64,000 bases of DNA from Bdellovibrionales bacterium (GTDB taxonomy: Bacteria > Bdellovibrionota > Bdellovibrionia > Bdellovibrionales > JAMPXM01). The position numbers and the translations under genes are program-made. This document shows, in pieces, positions 50,680 through 60,829 of this stretch; position 1 is the stretch's first letter; every line of letters starts with the position of its first letter. The DNA lies in contig JAYUEN010000386.1 in NCBI GenBank assembly GCA_043739185.1, positions 93,443-157,442 of the forward strand. Direction: 5' to 3'. A model generated the notes under the pieces. It searched no databases. It was given only the letters and a program-made list of their open reading frames with translations, and had not been told where the DNA came from.

Positions 50680-51846
50680 TTATTTTCCCTTCACTGCTGA
50701 AACAATTTTTTTGGCGGCATCAGCAAGATCATCAGCTGGCGTAATATTGAGGCCACTTTCAGCTAACATTTTTTTGCCAAGCTCAACATTGGTTCCCTCA
50801 AGTCGAACGACCAAGGGAACTTTCAATCCCAATTCGCGAGAAGCCGCGATCACCCCTTCGGCAATAATATCGCACTTCATAATTCCACCAAAAATATTAA
50901 CAAAAATTCCCTTCACATTCGGATCGCGCAAAATGATTTTAAATGCCTGAGTGACCTTCTCTTTATTGGCGCCACCACCAACATCTAGAAAATTGGCAGG
51001 ATTGCCGCCGTGAATTTTAATAATATCCATGGTCGCCATTGCGAGACCGGCGCCATTCACTAAGCAGCCAATATTTCCGTCCAATTTAATAAATGCGAGA
51101 TCATACTTGCTGGCTTCAATTTCAGAGGCCTCTTCCTCATTTAAATCGCGATATTTCACAATGTCTTCGTGGCGATAAAGTGCATTTGAATCAAAATTCA
51201 TTTTACAATCAAGAGCTAAGACATCGCCATCGTCGGTTTCAACTAAAGGATTGATTTCGGCCACGGCACAATCATTTGCTTGATAGGCTTTGTATAAATT
51301 AAGAAAAAATCCCGCGGCTTTGCTAGCCACTTTATCTTTCATACCAATCTTAAAAGCCAGTTGTCTTGCCTGATAGGGCCCCAATCCAACAGCAGGATCG
51401 ATGACCACGCGATGAATTTTTTCAGGAGTTTTGTGGGCGACCTCCTCGATATCCATACCACCTTCGCTTGATGCCATCATAATGAGGCGGCCTACCGAAC
51501 GGTCTAATAAAACCGCGACATAATATTCTTTTTTGATTCGACAGCCCTCTTCAATGAGTACCTTGTGTACAATTTTGCCCTCGGGGCCAGTTTGGTGAGT
51601 GACCAATTTCATGCCAATGATTTTCTCAGCATAGCTGCGAACTTCATCTATTGATTTTGCTACTTTTACTCCGCCGCCTTTGCCTCTTCCGCCGGCATGA
51701 ATTTGGGCTTTTACGACCCAAATTGTTCCACCAATATTCTTTGCTGCGGTCACGGCTTGATCAGGTGAATCCGCAGTCTGACCTTTTAAGGTTGGGACTC
51801 CGAATTTGCGCAAAACTTCTTTGGCCTGGTACTCATGTATATTCAT
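50680..51846 (-). CDS. sucC: Succinyl-CoA synthetase beta subunit
   Basis: [37 protein letters not shown]. Confidence 0.98.
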   Translation of the reverse strand: MNIHEYQAKEVLRKFGVPTLKGQTADSPDQAVTAAKNIGGTIWVVKAQIHAGGRGKGGGVKVAKSIDEVRSYAEKIIGMKLVTHQTGPEGKIVHKVLIEEGCRIKKEYYVAVLLDRSVGRLIMMASSEGGMDIEEVAHKTPEKIHRVVIDPAVGLGPYQARQLAFKIGMKDKVASKAAGFFLNLYKAYQANDCAVAEINPLVETDDGDVLALDCKMNFDSNALYRHEDIVKYRDLNEEEASEIEASKYDLAFIKLDGNIGCLVNGAGLAMATMDIIKIHGGNPANFLDVGGGANKEKVTQAFKIILRDPNVKGIFVNIFGGIMKCDIIAEGVIAASRELGLKVPLVVRLEGTNVELGKKMLAESGLNITPADDLADAAKKIVSAVKGK

Positions 51847-51849
51847 ATA

Positions 51850-52791
51850 TTAAAATTCCAATTTTTTGAGTGCGTCTACAAGTTCTTGAACTGCTTTTAT
51901 AGAGTTCGCAAGACCGGCTTTTTCAGTGTCGTTTAATTTTAGTTCAATAACTTTTTCAAGGCCATTGCCACCAATTTTACAGAGCACGCCGACAAATAGG
52001 TTTTTCACCCCATATTCGCCTTCAAGCAGAGCGGCACAAGGTAAAATACGATTTTGATTTTTTAGAATTGCTTCGGCCATTTGAACCGCACTTGCACTTG
52101 GCGCATAGTAGGCAGAACCTGTTTTCAAGAGGCCTACGATTTCAGCGCCTCCATTTCGAGTTCGAGTTACGATGGCATCAATTTTTTCTTGCGATAACAT
52201 TTCGGTCAAAGGCACACCGCCAACCGAACAATGTCTTGGCATCGGAACCATGGTGTCACCGTGACCACCAAGCACAAAGGCATTCACATCTTTAACTGAA
52301 ACATTGCACTCTTCAGCAATAAAAGATCGCATGCGAGCGCCATCAAGTACGCCAGCCATTCCGATCACACGACTTCGCGGAAAGCCGGTAGTTTCTTTGC
52401 AAACAAAAGCCATGGCATCCAGCGGATTACTCACCACAATAACCACAGAATTTGGCGCGTACTTCTTAATTCCAAGACTTGCCTCTTTTACGATTTTTGC
52501 ATTTGTCGTCATCAAATCATCGCGACTCATACCCGGCTTTCGGGGAATTCCAGCTGTGAGAATGACAACATCTGAGCCTTCAATATCGGCGTAATTGGCC
52601 GTACCGGTTACCTTCGAATCGAAACTTTCAACTGGTGAGGCTTCAAAAAGATCAAGAGCCTTACCCTTTGCGGCACCTTCATTGATATCAAGAAGAATGA
52701 CATCGCCAAGTTCCTTTTGAGCTGCCCAATGGGCACAAGTCGAGCCTACAAAGCCAGCGCCGATCACGGTTATTTTTTTACGTTTATGCAT
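51850..52791 (-). CDS. mdh: Malate dehydrogenase (LDH-like)
   Basis: [24 protein letters not shown]. Confidence 0.97.
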   Translation of the reverse strand: MHKRKKITVIGAGFVGSTCAHWAAQKELGDVILLDINEGAAKGKALDLFEASPVESFDSKVTGTANYADIEGSDVVILTAGIPRKPGMSRDDLMTTNAKIVKEASLGIKKYAPNSVVIVVSNPLDAMAFVCKETTGFPRSRVIGMAGVLDGARMRSFIAEECNVSVKDVNAFVLGGHGDTMVPMPRHCSVGGVPLTEMLSQEKIDAIVTRTRNGGAEIVGLLKTGSAYYAPSASAVQMAEAILKNQNRILPCAALLEGEYGVKNLFVGVLCKIGGNGLEKVIELKLNDTEKAGLANSIKAVQELVDALKKLEF

Positions 52792-53063
52792 AGAGATTCC
52801 CTTCTGTTATTTTTTTACTGGCTTGAATTTTTGATTTCTGCCAAGCCATTTTCTCTCCGAAATTTAGGCGATGAGAATCTCACCCCTAAATATACTAAAA
52901 TATTCATTTCAATTTATCACGCAATGTATAGACTACTAATGAAACAGGGCACTCGGCAAGTACTCGTAAAATGAGAAATAGAGTTCGGACTCGTAAAGCT
53001 TGAAAAGATGAGAATCAAAATCTGAAATATTGTCACAACTCGATTTAGGCAGGTAAATTCAGG

Positions 53064-53855
53064 ATGGCGTCATCTGAAATTCATTTGAAGAAGGTCGGAT
53101 TTAGAGTGGGCGAAGAGGCCATTCTCAAAGACATCAATCTTCATATTTCAAGTGGAGAAACATTTGTCTTAGTTGGCCCCAGCGGACTCGGAAAAAGTCT
53201 TTTGCTTAAAATGATCGCTGGACTATTGTCGCCATCCACTGGCGAAATCTATATTGGAAGTCAAAACTTACTGACGTCTCGTGGCAAAAAGCGCCGAGAA
53301 ATTATTAGGCAAATGGGAATGCTCTTTCAAAAAAATGCTCTTTTTGATTCGCTTCCGGTGGCTGAAAACTTAGCATTTGCTATGCGCGAGGTTAGCCATT
53401 TGAATTCTCAAGAGCGCGAGCGGGCAATTCAAAAATACTTAACCGCGGTTGGATTATATGATTCAAAGGATTTATATCCAGATGAAATTAGCGGTGGAAT
53501 GCAAAAGCGCTTGGGCATCGCCCGGGCACTGGTTTTAAACCCAAAGATACTTTTATTTGATGATCCGACGGCGGGACTTGACCCAATTACCAGTCGCAAA
53601 ATCGTCGAATTGATTTTGCAAGTAAAAAAGGACAATCAATGCACCATCGTGGCGATCACCAATGATATGCATCGGGCCTATCAAATGGCAGATCGAATTG
53701 GTTTGGTAGTCGACCACAGTCTCATTGTGACCGGCACGGTTCAAGAGACCAAAATGCATCCAGATCCGAGAGTGCAACAATTTATTCATGGATATTTGAC
53801 GGGCCCGTTGGTCATGAATTCTCAAGAGGACGAGAGCGAGTACTTCAATGATTGA
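53064..53855 (+). CDS. mlaF: MlaF-type ABC ATPase, copy 1
   Basis: GPSGLGKS, FQKNALFDSL, ISGGMQKR, FDDPTAGLDP. Confidence 0.85.
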   Translation: MASSEIHLKKVGFRVGEEAILKDINLHISSGETFVLVGPSGLGKSLLLKMIAGLLSPSTGEIYIGSQNLLTSRGKKRREIIRQMGMLFQKNALFDSLPVAENLAFAMREVSHLNSQERERAIQKYLTAVGLYDSKDLYPDEISGGMQKRLGIARALVLNPKILLFDDPTAGLDPITSRKIVELILQVKKDNQCTIVAITNDMHRAYQMADRIGLVVDHSLIVTGTVQETKMHPDPRVQQFIHGYLTGPLVMNSQEDESEYFND

Positions 53856-54576
53856 ATTTAAAAATTTGGTCAAGAGGTTTGGTGATCGAACGGTTTTAAA
53901 TGGAATTAATTTTAAGGTGAATGAAGGCGAAATATTATTTATTTTAGGAATATCAGGAACCGGCAAGTCGGTTTTACTAAAAAATATTGTTGGCCTATTG
54001 CGACCCGATGAGGGTTCTATCTGGATAAATGGCAAAGAAGTATCCTCATTAACCGAAGAGCAATATTTTGAGGTGCGAAAGTATTGTGGAATGGTCTTTC
54101 AGCAGCCTGCGCTATTTGATTCCTTGAGCGTTTATGAGAATATCGCATTTGGGCTTCGTCGCCATTTTGAAATGAGTGAAAAAGAAATGAATGAAAGAAT
54201 CTCCCAAAGTTTAAAGCTCGTTCACCTCAAAAACATTGAGCACAAGCTTCCCTTTGAAATCTCTTATGGCATGCAAAAGCGAGTGAGTCTGGCTCGCACG
54301 ATTGCGCTTCGGCCAAAAATTTTATTATTCGATGAGCCTACAACTGGTTTGGATCCGATTACCACGAACTCAATTAGCAAACTCATTCTGGATCTTTCCC
54401 GAGGCCTCAAAACCACATCAATTGTGGTGAGTCACGATATGAAAGTTGCATTTGAAGTCGCCGATCGGATTTTGGTTTTAGACAAGGGTCAAATTGTTGA
54501 AAGCGGCACGCCAATGCAAGTAAAAAACAGCCAGCAACCCCTGGTCATTGATTTTTTAAGCGAGATGAACTCTTGA
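53848..54576 (+). CDS. mlaF: MlaF-type ABC ATPase, copy 2
   Basis: GISGTGKS, FQQPALFDSL, ISYGMQKR, FDEPTTGLDP, VSHD. Confidence 0.88.
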   Translation: MIEFKNLVKRFGDRTVLNGINFKVNEGEILFILGISGTGKSVLLKNIVGLLRPDEGSIWINGKEVSSLTEEQYFEVRKYCGMVFQQPALFDSLSVYENIAFGLRRHFEMSEKEMNERISQSLKLVHLKNIEHKLPFEISYGMQKRVSLARTIALRPKILLFDEPTTGLDPITTNSISKLILDLSRGLKTTSIVVSHDMKVAFEVADRILVLDKGQIVESGTPMQVKNSQQPLVIDFLSEMNS

Positions 54577-55358
54577 AAAATTGGATGAATAAACAACTGA
54601 ATATTTTGCACGAAATTGGCAGCGGCATTCTTTTCATTGCAAGTATTTTTACCACTAGTTTTCGAAAGGGAATCAAGATCCGCGAAACGATTTTTCAAGT
54701 TTGGCGAGTGACCATGCAATCTCTATCTACAACTGCTGTGGCGGGCTTCTTTGTCGGCGCAATTATGGCGGTTCAGTTTACCTTACAAGTAAAAGCCTTC
54801 GGCGCCCTTGGTTTTTTAGGTGGCCTCGCAACCAGCGGAACCATTCGCGAAGTCGGGCCCCTACTTATTGCCTTCATGCTTTCGGGCAAAGTCGGAGCAT
54901 TTACTTCGGCTGAGCTTGGGACCATGAGAGTAACCGAACAAATTGATGCTATTCGATGTTTGGGTGCCAATCCCATCCAAGAAATTATTTTTCCCCGCTT
55001 TGTCGCCATTATTTTATCTAGTTTTTTTCTCTTAGTGGTTGGACTCTTTATGTCGATATTTGGTGGTGTATTTCTTGGCGTCTTTTTTTCTGGAATTACG
55101 ATTGAAGAATATTTGCGACACATTCCTAATATTGTGCAGTTTTCATCGATTTTAACCGGTCTATTTAAATGCTTTGTGTTTTCATTTGTTTTGGCAAGTA
55201 TTTGTACTTACAAAGGTTATACTGCGAGTGGCGGAGCAAAAGGGGTGGGCAGGGCCGTCGTTCAAACGGCCGTATCTTCAATGGTCGGCTTGGTCGTGGC
55301 TGATTGGTTAACGAGTGTAGTAAGTGCATCATTATCCGAGTTTTTAGGAGGCTTTTAA
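54573..55358 (+). CDS. mlaE: MlaE-type permease, copy 1
   Basis: REVGP, GKVG..AELGTM.VTEQIDA, GGAKGVGRA. Confidence 0.9.
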   Translation: MKNWMNKQLNILHEIGSGILFIASIFTTSFRKGIKIRETIFQVWRVTMQSLSTTAVAGFFVGAIMAVQFTLQVKAFGALGFLGGLATSGTIREVGPLLIAFMLSGKVGAFTSAELGTMRVTEQIDAIRCLGANPIQEIIFPRFVAIILSSFFLLVVGLFMSIFGGVFLGVFFSGITIEEYLRHIPNIVQFSSILTGLFKCFVFSFVLASICTYKGYTASGGAKGVGRAVVQTAVSSMVGLVVADWLTSVVSASLSEFLGGF

Positions 55359-56159
55359 TTGTATAGAGCCTTACCGAATAAAAATTCAAGCCTCAATATC
55401 GGCGAATTTTTCATTAGTCATTTTCGCAATTTTTGTGAGTTTTCATTGCTTGTTTTTAGAACTTTAGAGGGGGTTTTTACGCCCCCGTTTCGATATCGCG
55501 AAATTTTGAATCAAGTCTATTTTATGGCTAACGAGAGTCTGTTTATTATCGTATTTTGTGTGAGTTTTGCTGCTGTGGTCACGATTGTAGAAGCATCCTT
55601 TCATATGAAATTGGTGATACATGATGATTCGATGGTTCCGGGGTTTGCGACATTGCTTATTCTAAGGGAGTTGGGATCAGTTGTAACCGCACTCTTACTT
55701 ACCTCTCGGGTCGGCGCGGGGCTTGCTGCTGAAATTGGAACCATGCAAATTACAGAGCAAATTGATGCCTTGAAAATGTTGGGCATTGATCCGGTACAAT
55801 TTTTGGTGGTGCCACGCCTGATCGCAAGTATCATCAGCAGCTTTATGTTGAGTATCATTGCCAATTTGGTTTGTGTTTTTTGTGCGATGTTGGTCTGTAC
55901 TTTACAGTTGGGATTTACGACCGGTGCGTTTTATACTGCGGTGAGAACCTTTGTGCATTTTCAGGATCTGATATTAGCGATCGTCAAGGGTGCTTGTTTT
56001 GGTGCGGTCATCCCATTTTTTAGTTGTTATTACGGATTTCGTTGTCGAGCAGGGGCGGAAGGCGTCGGATTGGCAACCACGAATAGCGTGGTCGCGACTT
56101 CCATTAGCATTATCATCATCGATTTCATTTTGACCTATATCTTCTCAAGTCTTTTTTAA
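55359..56159 (+). CDS. mlaE: MlaE-type permease, copy 2
   Basis: RELG, RVG..AEIGTM.ITEQIDAL, GAEGVG. Confidence 0.9.
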   Translation: MYRALPNKNSSLNIGEFFISHFRNFCEFSLLVFRTLEGVFTPPFRYREILNQVYFMANESLFIIVFCVSFAAVVTIVEASFHMKLVIHDDSMVPGFATLLILRELGSVVTALLLTSRVGAGLAAEIGTMQITEQIDALKMLGIDPVQFLVVPRLIASIISSFMLSIIANLVCVFCAMLVCTLQLGFTTGAFYTAVRTFVHFQDLILAIVKGACFGAVIPFFSCYYGFRCRAGAEGVGLATTNSVVATSISIIIIDFILTYIFSSLF

Positions 56160-56205
56160 AGTGAAGTATTGCCATTCGACTTTAAAGCTCGCTAAGATCG
56201 AGTTC

Positions 56206-56982
56206 ATGAAAGTCGAAATTAAGGTGGGCCTTCTCTTTATTTTTGCAGTTACTTTGGTGGTGGGTTTTGCTTACTACTTAGGGGCGATCAATCCCTTCAC
56301 GCAAAATAATGAAATTGAAATCGGTTACAATTTTGCTGGCGGCATTGAAGTTGGTTCGCCAGTTCGTGTAATGGGAATTAAGGTCGGCAAGGTCCAGGGA
56401 ATTAAATTTGATCCGAATATGAAAGATAGTCGGGGCAATGAGGTCAAATTGAAGGTGCGAGTTTCAATTAGCAAAGAAGCTTGGCCCACATTGAGAACTG
56501 ATAGTAAGTTTTTTATTAATCTCGCCGGAGTGATCGGCGAAAAGTTTATTGAAATCACTCCCGGAAGCAATACTCATCCCGAATTTAAAATTGGCGATTT
56601 TGTTAGAGGTGAGGATCCACCAAGAATAGATCAACTTATTTCTCAGAGTTATGGTCTGGCCGGCAAAGTAATCGACATACTTGAGAAAAATGAGAGTTCA
56701 GTTACAGATACACTTGAAAAGATGAATGGTCTTGTTACGAATTTAAATAAAACGCTCGTTTTATTAGATAAAACTTCAAAAAATAAAGAAATTGCCAAAA
56801 TTTTGTCAAACTTTGCATCTATGACCGATGATTTGAGTGTCTTAACTGCAAAAATTAGAACTCCTGAAGGCGAAAAAACTTTGGGTCTTGTTCACGACTT
56901 GATTTGGCGTTTGGATAAACTGGACGACAAAACAATAAGTAATTTTCTACAAAAAGAAGGCATTAAGGCTCATATTTTTTAA
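56206..56982 (+). CDS. mlaD: MCE/MlaD domain protein with helical tail
   Basis: EIKVG, GIEVGSPVRVMGIKVGKV, GVIGEKFIEI.PG; start 56206. Confidence 0.9.
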   Translation: MKVEIKVGLLFIFAVTLVVGFAYYLGAINPFTQNNEIEIGYNFAGGIEVGSPVRVMGIKVGKVQGIKFDPNMKDSRGNEVKLKVRVSISKEAWPTLRTDSKFFINLAGVIGEKFIEITPGSNTHPEFKIGDFVRGEDPPRIDQLISQSYGLAGKVIDILEKNESSVTDTLEKMNGLVTNLNKTLVLLDKTSKNKEIAKILSNFASMTDDLSVLTAKIRTPEGEKTLGLVHDLIWRLDKLDDKTISNFLQKEGIKAHIF

Positions 56983-57104
56983 TCAATGAGCTGGCCTCTT
57001 TGCTTTTGCGTCTCATTCTAAAACATTCATTTTAAATTTTATAAGAAAGAGATAAAGGTCTGTGTGCTATATTCAGCCACTACAGCCATTTTCCTGAAGA
57101 ATGC

Positions 57105-57140
57105 AAAAAAAAAGAGCCTTCGATTTCTCGAAGGCTCTTT
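57105..57140 (-). terminator. Intrinsic terminator of the Lys-rich peptide gene
   Basis: 13-bp perfect stem AAAGAGCCTTCGA/TCGAAGGCTCTTT, 4-nt loop, U-tract on the minus strand. Confidence 0.9.
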
Positions 57141-57162
57141 AAGAAACTTTCAAAGCAGAAAT

Positions 57163-57246
57163 CTACTTCTTAGAAGACTTCTTTTTAGTAGCTTTCTTTT
57201 TAGTAGCTTTCTTCGCTGCTTTTTTTGTAGCTTTTTTCTTTGCCAT
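57163..57246 (-). CDS. 27-aa Lys/Ala-rich histone-H1-tail-like peptide MAKKKATKKAAKKATKKKATKKKSSKK
   Basis: Below the ORF-track cutoff. AGGAGGAG 6 nt before ATG, TAG stop, terminator about 20 nt downstream, candidate TTGACG promoter upstream. Confidence 0.85.
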   Translation of the reverse strand: MAKKKATKKAAKKATKKKATKKKSSKK

Positions 57247-57392
57247 ATTGTGCTCCTCCTAGGATGAGTAACTTTTGTTTAACAAGTGGTCTACCTGTTA
57301 ATAGTGTTACTGGTGTGACTATGATCGTCAATAGAAAAAAATAACTTTAGTGCTTTTTTTTTGCATTTAGTGATTTTAAGGAGAATTCACAA

Positions 57393-58133
57393 ATGTTGAT
57401 CGTGTTTTTGATTTTGATTTTCGGATTTTTCACCGCCGATCGGATTTTGAATGAAGTGGTCGGACAAAATATTATCGTAAAAAACCAAATGACAAAATTT
57501 GGCACCGCATATCTCATTTGGATTCTATTTATCTTCTATTTTACGTCTCACATTTTGATTTTGTGGCTCTTGGCTTTCCTTCCACACCTCACATTTTCTC
57601 TTTTCATTACAACTTTGAAAAAGCATAGGAGAAAAAAATTCGAAGAGCGTTTTGAAGAGATCTTGGGAGTTATCATAATGAAAATGAAATCGGGAAAAGC
57701 ATTTCGAAACGCATTTTCGGAGGCGATCGCAGAGAGTCCGGTGACAATTCAAAGAATTTTGATCGACATTCGAGACGTTGTTGTTTTTTCACAACAAAAC
57801 AACTCGGAAAGAATATCTGATTTTGTCCAAATGATCGTAATGGAGTTTGCGAAAGCCGACTTGGCTCCTCATACCGCACTTAAAAGATTAGTTCATTTTC
57901 GTGATCGACTTAAAATTCAATCCGACTTTCGACGTAGGTCCGGTCAAATCATCCAACAGATTCGAACGCAATCAATCATTCTTACCGGAATTTATTTTGC
58001 ACTCTTCTTTTTTGTAATTGGTCGATTTGGTTTTAAAGAGAATGTTCGACTGATTTTCATAAGTTTGAGCCTTTTCGGATCTGGGATTTTATTTATTTTT
58101 AACAAGGGACAAAAAATCAAATGGAAAATTTAG
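57393..58133 (+). CDS. Divergent TadB-like (T2SS F domain) membrane protein
   Basis: TM helices; F.E.L..I...MKSG.AF..A; R...R.Q..IL, TadB-like spacing. Confidence 0.65.
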   Translation: MLIVFLILIFGFFTADRILNEVVGQNIIVKNQMTKFGTAYLIWILFIFYFTSHILILWLLAFLPHLTFSLFITTLKKHRRKKFEERFEEILGVIIMKMKSGKAFRNAFSEAIAESPVTIQRILIDIRDVVVFSQQNNSERISDFVQMIVMEFAKADLAPHTALKRLVHFRDRLKIQSDFRRRSGQIIQQIRTQSIILTGIYFALFFFVIGRFGFKENVRLIFISLSLFGSGILFIFNKGQKIKWKI

Positions 58134-58555
58134 CCCCACCAATGATTTGTATATTAGAATTGCAGTCGGCTTTTGCAAATGGCGAATCCATCCGAACGGG
58201 ATTTTTAAAGTATATTGGCCAAACTCGAGATGAGTTTTCTGATTTGTCGAAAAAATTTTTATTTGCATGGGATAGAGGCCAGAATTGGGGAAAATTGATT
58301 CAAGAAGAGCCCAGCTCCTATCGGCGTGGCCTCCTTGAATTAATTGCTGCAGGACTTTCAGGTCAGAGTATTCAAAATCAAATGAAAGAGGTGCAAATCG
58401 AGGTTGAAAGAGGAATGGAGCTTGAGATCAAGCGGCACATTGAAATGCTTCCATTGAAAATGATGATTCCATTGCTGTTGTTTCAGTTTCCAGCCTTTTT
58501 AATTTTATTATTTGGTCCCATTTTGAATCAATTGTTGCGGGAGCTGGCCAAATGA
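58121..58555 (+). CDS. Truncated TadC-like membrane protein
   Basis: C-terminal LPLKMMIPLLLFQFPAFLILLFGP matches the TadC terminal motif. Confidence 0.7.
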   Translation: MENLAPPMICILELQSAFANGESIRTGFLKYIGQTRDEFSDLSKKFLFAWDRGQNWGKLIQEEPSSYRRGLLELIAAGLSGQSIQNQMKEVQIEVERGMELEIKRHIEMLPLKMMIPLLLFQFPAFLILLFGPILNQLLRELAK

Positions 58556-59001
58556 GAAAGTTTTTTTTGATCTTGGTGTATTTAAGCCCAGCTTCTCTTT
58601 TTGCAGAAGAGCCGCGCGAGTTGAAATTGGCCGAGATGCTCCGCGCGACTAGTATTACCCACCTTAATACGAAACTTAAAGAGTTGAATCGCTTTGAAAG
58701 TTTTCAATCTGAGTGTGACATTCAATTGAAATTTAATATGTTGCCGTCTTCATGCTTTGAAGTGATTGAATTTGAAAGGCGGCATCGCATATTGTCCGAA
58801 AAAAATTATTTGAAAGCCAAAATGTGGCTGAGCGAGAATTGCATTGAACAAGCAAATCAAATAGTTGAAGCAAAAGAGTCGACTCTAAACTTAAAGCCGC
58901 TGCCAGAGGCTTGTCGGCGAATTGCAAACGACAAACTGAACGATCAGCAATATCGAGACGTCCTCGCCAACCCGAGTCTTCTTTTCAAAAAGAGGTTGTG
59001 A
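58552..59001 (+). CDS. Secreted Cys-containing hypothetical protein
   Basis: Signal peptide, four Cys, ATGA overlap with the previous gene. Confidence 0.7.
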   Translation: MRKFFLILVYLSPASLFAEEPRELKLAEMLRATSITHLNTKLKELNRFESFQSECDIQLKFNMLPSSCFEVIEFERRHRILSEKNYLKAKMWLSENCIEQANQIVEAKESTLNLKPLPEACRRIANDKLNDQQYRDVLANPSLLFKKRL

Positions 59002-60222
59002 ATGGCACAAAAGTTGAAATCAGCCGAGCTAATGGAAAGAATAGAAAGCGAATCTCCAACCTACAAACTTGATTGTTGCCTCGGTGAGGGGCTCAGTAGT
59101 CGTGTTTACAGGGCTTTAAGGCTCGATAGCAGGGGACATTCTAAACAAGTGGTGTGTTTGAAAATTCTTAAAAATAAGAATCAGGTAAGCTGGTTGAGAC
59201 AAGAGTTTGAGGCTCTATCAAAGATTGACTCTATATATTGCGTTCGAATGTTGGCTTGGGAGAATTTAAAACTTGGACCGGCGTTGGTATTAGAATACAT
59301 AGAGGGCATAACACTTTTTGAGCTTTTGCGATTTGAAGACTTAATAGAAGAACAAATACTTGAAATCATTGCTCAAGTTCAGCTGGGGCTGCAGGCCTTA
59401 GATCGGTCAGGATATTTTCACGGCGATCTAAATTTAAAAAATATAATGATCGATAAAGCAGGCAATATAAAATTGATCGACTTTTCAATGTCGACGGCAA
59501 ACCAAATCAATGCTCAAGAGCTATTTGGTACTCCACAATACCTATCCCCAGAGGTTTGGCGGGGACAAGGACGTAGTCTACAAGCAGATCTGTTTGCATT
59601 GGGACTTATTGAAATCGATTTAAAAGAAGGGATTTTGAAAATTCCTGAGGGAATTGAAAATTGCAAACGCCGCGCGGAAAGCGCCCAAAATACCGATACA
59701 TTTTTTTTGAGTTCTGATCCCAGCCAGCGAAGCTTTAAAAAAATTCAAAGAAATTCGTTTATCCAAAGGCAACTCGGCAAATTGGTGGCATCTATATTAG
59801 AGCGCAGGAGTCTATCCAGCCAGCAAACTCTTCAGCTTCCATTTAGGCAGCCGGTAAAAAAGAGTGCTCAATTGGCTTTACTCGTTGTACTTGTGACTTC
59901 ATGTTTTGTTGTACCTGTGACATCAACACCACTAGTTCGATTGGATTCAAATTTGATAAAACCTAGGTTAGGTCATCTCGAAATTCGAACTAAGAAGTGG
60001 TATAGAGTATTTTTCGACGGCAATGATTTGGGCTATTCACCCGTCATTCTTGAAAACTTGCGTGCGGGAATTCACAAATTAAAATGGCAGGATATTTCGA
60101 AATCTGGCGAGCTAAAATTCAAAACCGAGCCGGGTGAGCTCAGAATTATTAATGATCGTGATTTTGAAACCTCAATTAAGGTTGCTCTAAGGCCAGAATC
60201 TGAGCTTGATTCAAAACACTAA
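59002..60222 (+). CDS. Hanks-type Ser/Thr kinase with TM and PEGA-like C-terminus
   Basis: LGEG...VY, CLKIL, HGDLN..NI, IDFS, GTPQYLSPE; C-terminal V.FDG..LG.SP...L..G.H.L. Confidence 0.88.
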   Translation: MAQKLKSAELMERIESESPTYKLDCCLGEGLSSRVYRALRLDSRGHSKQVVCLKILKNKNQVSWLRQEFEALSKIDSIYCVRMLAWENLKLGPALVLEYIEGITLFELLRFEDLIEEQILEIIAQVQLGLQALDRSGYFHGDLNLKNIMIDKAGNIKLIDFSMSTANQINAQELFGTPQYLSPEVWRGQGRSLQADLFALGLIEIDLKEGILKIPEGIENCKRRAESAQNTDTFFLSSDPSQRSFKKIQRNSFIQRQLGKLVASILERRSLSSQQTLQLPFRQPVKKSAQLALLVVLVTSCFVVPVTSTPLVRLDSNLIKPRLGHLEIRTKKWYRVFFDGNDLGYSPVILENLRAGIHKLKWQDISKSGELKFKTEPGELRIINDRDFETSIKVALRPESELDSKH

Positions 60223-60829
60223 TTTGCCCTGTATTATCAACTAAGGTTTTTGTTAGCACCCAAGTGATCCCTGTGGTGCCACCGGTTGCGCGATAAAGAA
60301 ATTCAACAGATCCCATTGGCTGAGTGGTTAATACATAATTTGTGCTAGCGGTGGCCGGATAGTTCACGCCGTCACCAGCTAAAGGATTGGCTCCATTAAA
60401 ATAATTATTAAATGTACCCCCGGTATTTGCAAATCCTCGGCGGGCTACGATCATAAATGCGACATCTGAACAATTCGCATTGGCACATGTTGCTTGTAAC
60501 TCATAAACATTCTGACCTATTTGCCTGAGATCGCCGTTAATTGCGCCAACGCCTACATTGAGGACGTAAGTTTGCGCAGGTAAGCCACTGCTATCACCAA
60601 CAGAAACCGTGAGGCTGGTGACACCGCCAAAACCGGTCCCTGCGCCGCCATTTGCGACACTTAGGATTGCGACTCCGGCGACTGCGCCATTGCCATCATT
60701 TTTATTGCCACAGGCAACAGCGAAAGCCGTCGATAAAAAGGCAACCAACCCCAGCTTTATATAGGACTGAATAAAATAGCTTTTCTTGGCCACCCGCGAA
60801 GTTTTTGTAGAATTTAATTTTGAAAACAT
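60176..60829 (-). CDS. Gly/Asn-rich lipoprotein of unknown function
   Basis: AGGAG RBS before 60829; lipobox AVAC. Confidence 0.72.
   Translation of the reverse strand: MFSKLNSTKTSRVAKKSYFIQSYIKLGLVAFLSTAFAVACGNKNDGNGAVAGVAILSVANGGAGTGFGGVTSLTVSVGDSSGLPAQTYVLNVGVGAINGDLRQIGQNVYELQATCANANCSDVAFMIVARRGFANTGGTFNNYFNGANPLAGDGVNYPATASTNYVLTTQPMGSVEFLYRATGGTTGITWVLTKTLVDNTGQISVLNQAQILALEQP

Noticed and set aside
57064..57267. Plus-strand 67-aa Phe/Ser-rich ORF
   Set aside because: Antisense shadow of the Lys-rich peptide gene and its terminator, which have the RBS support
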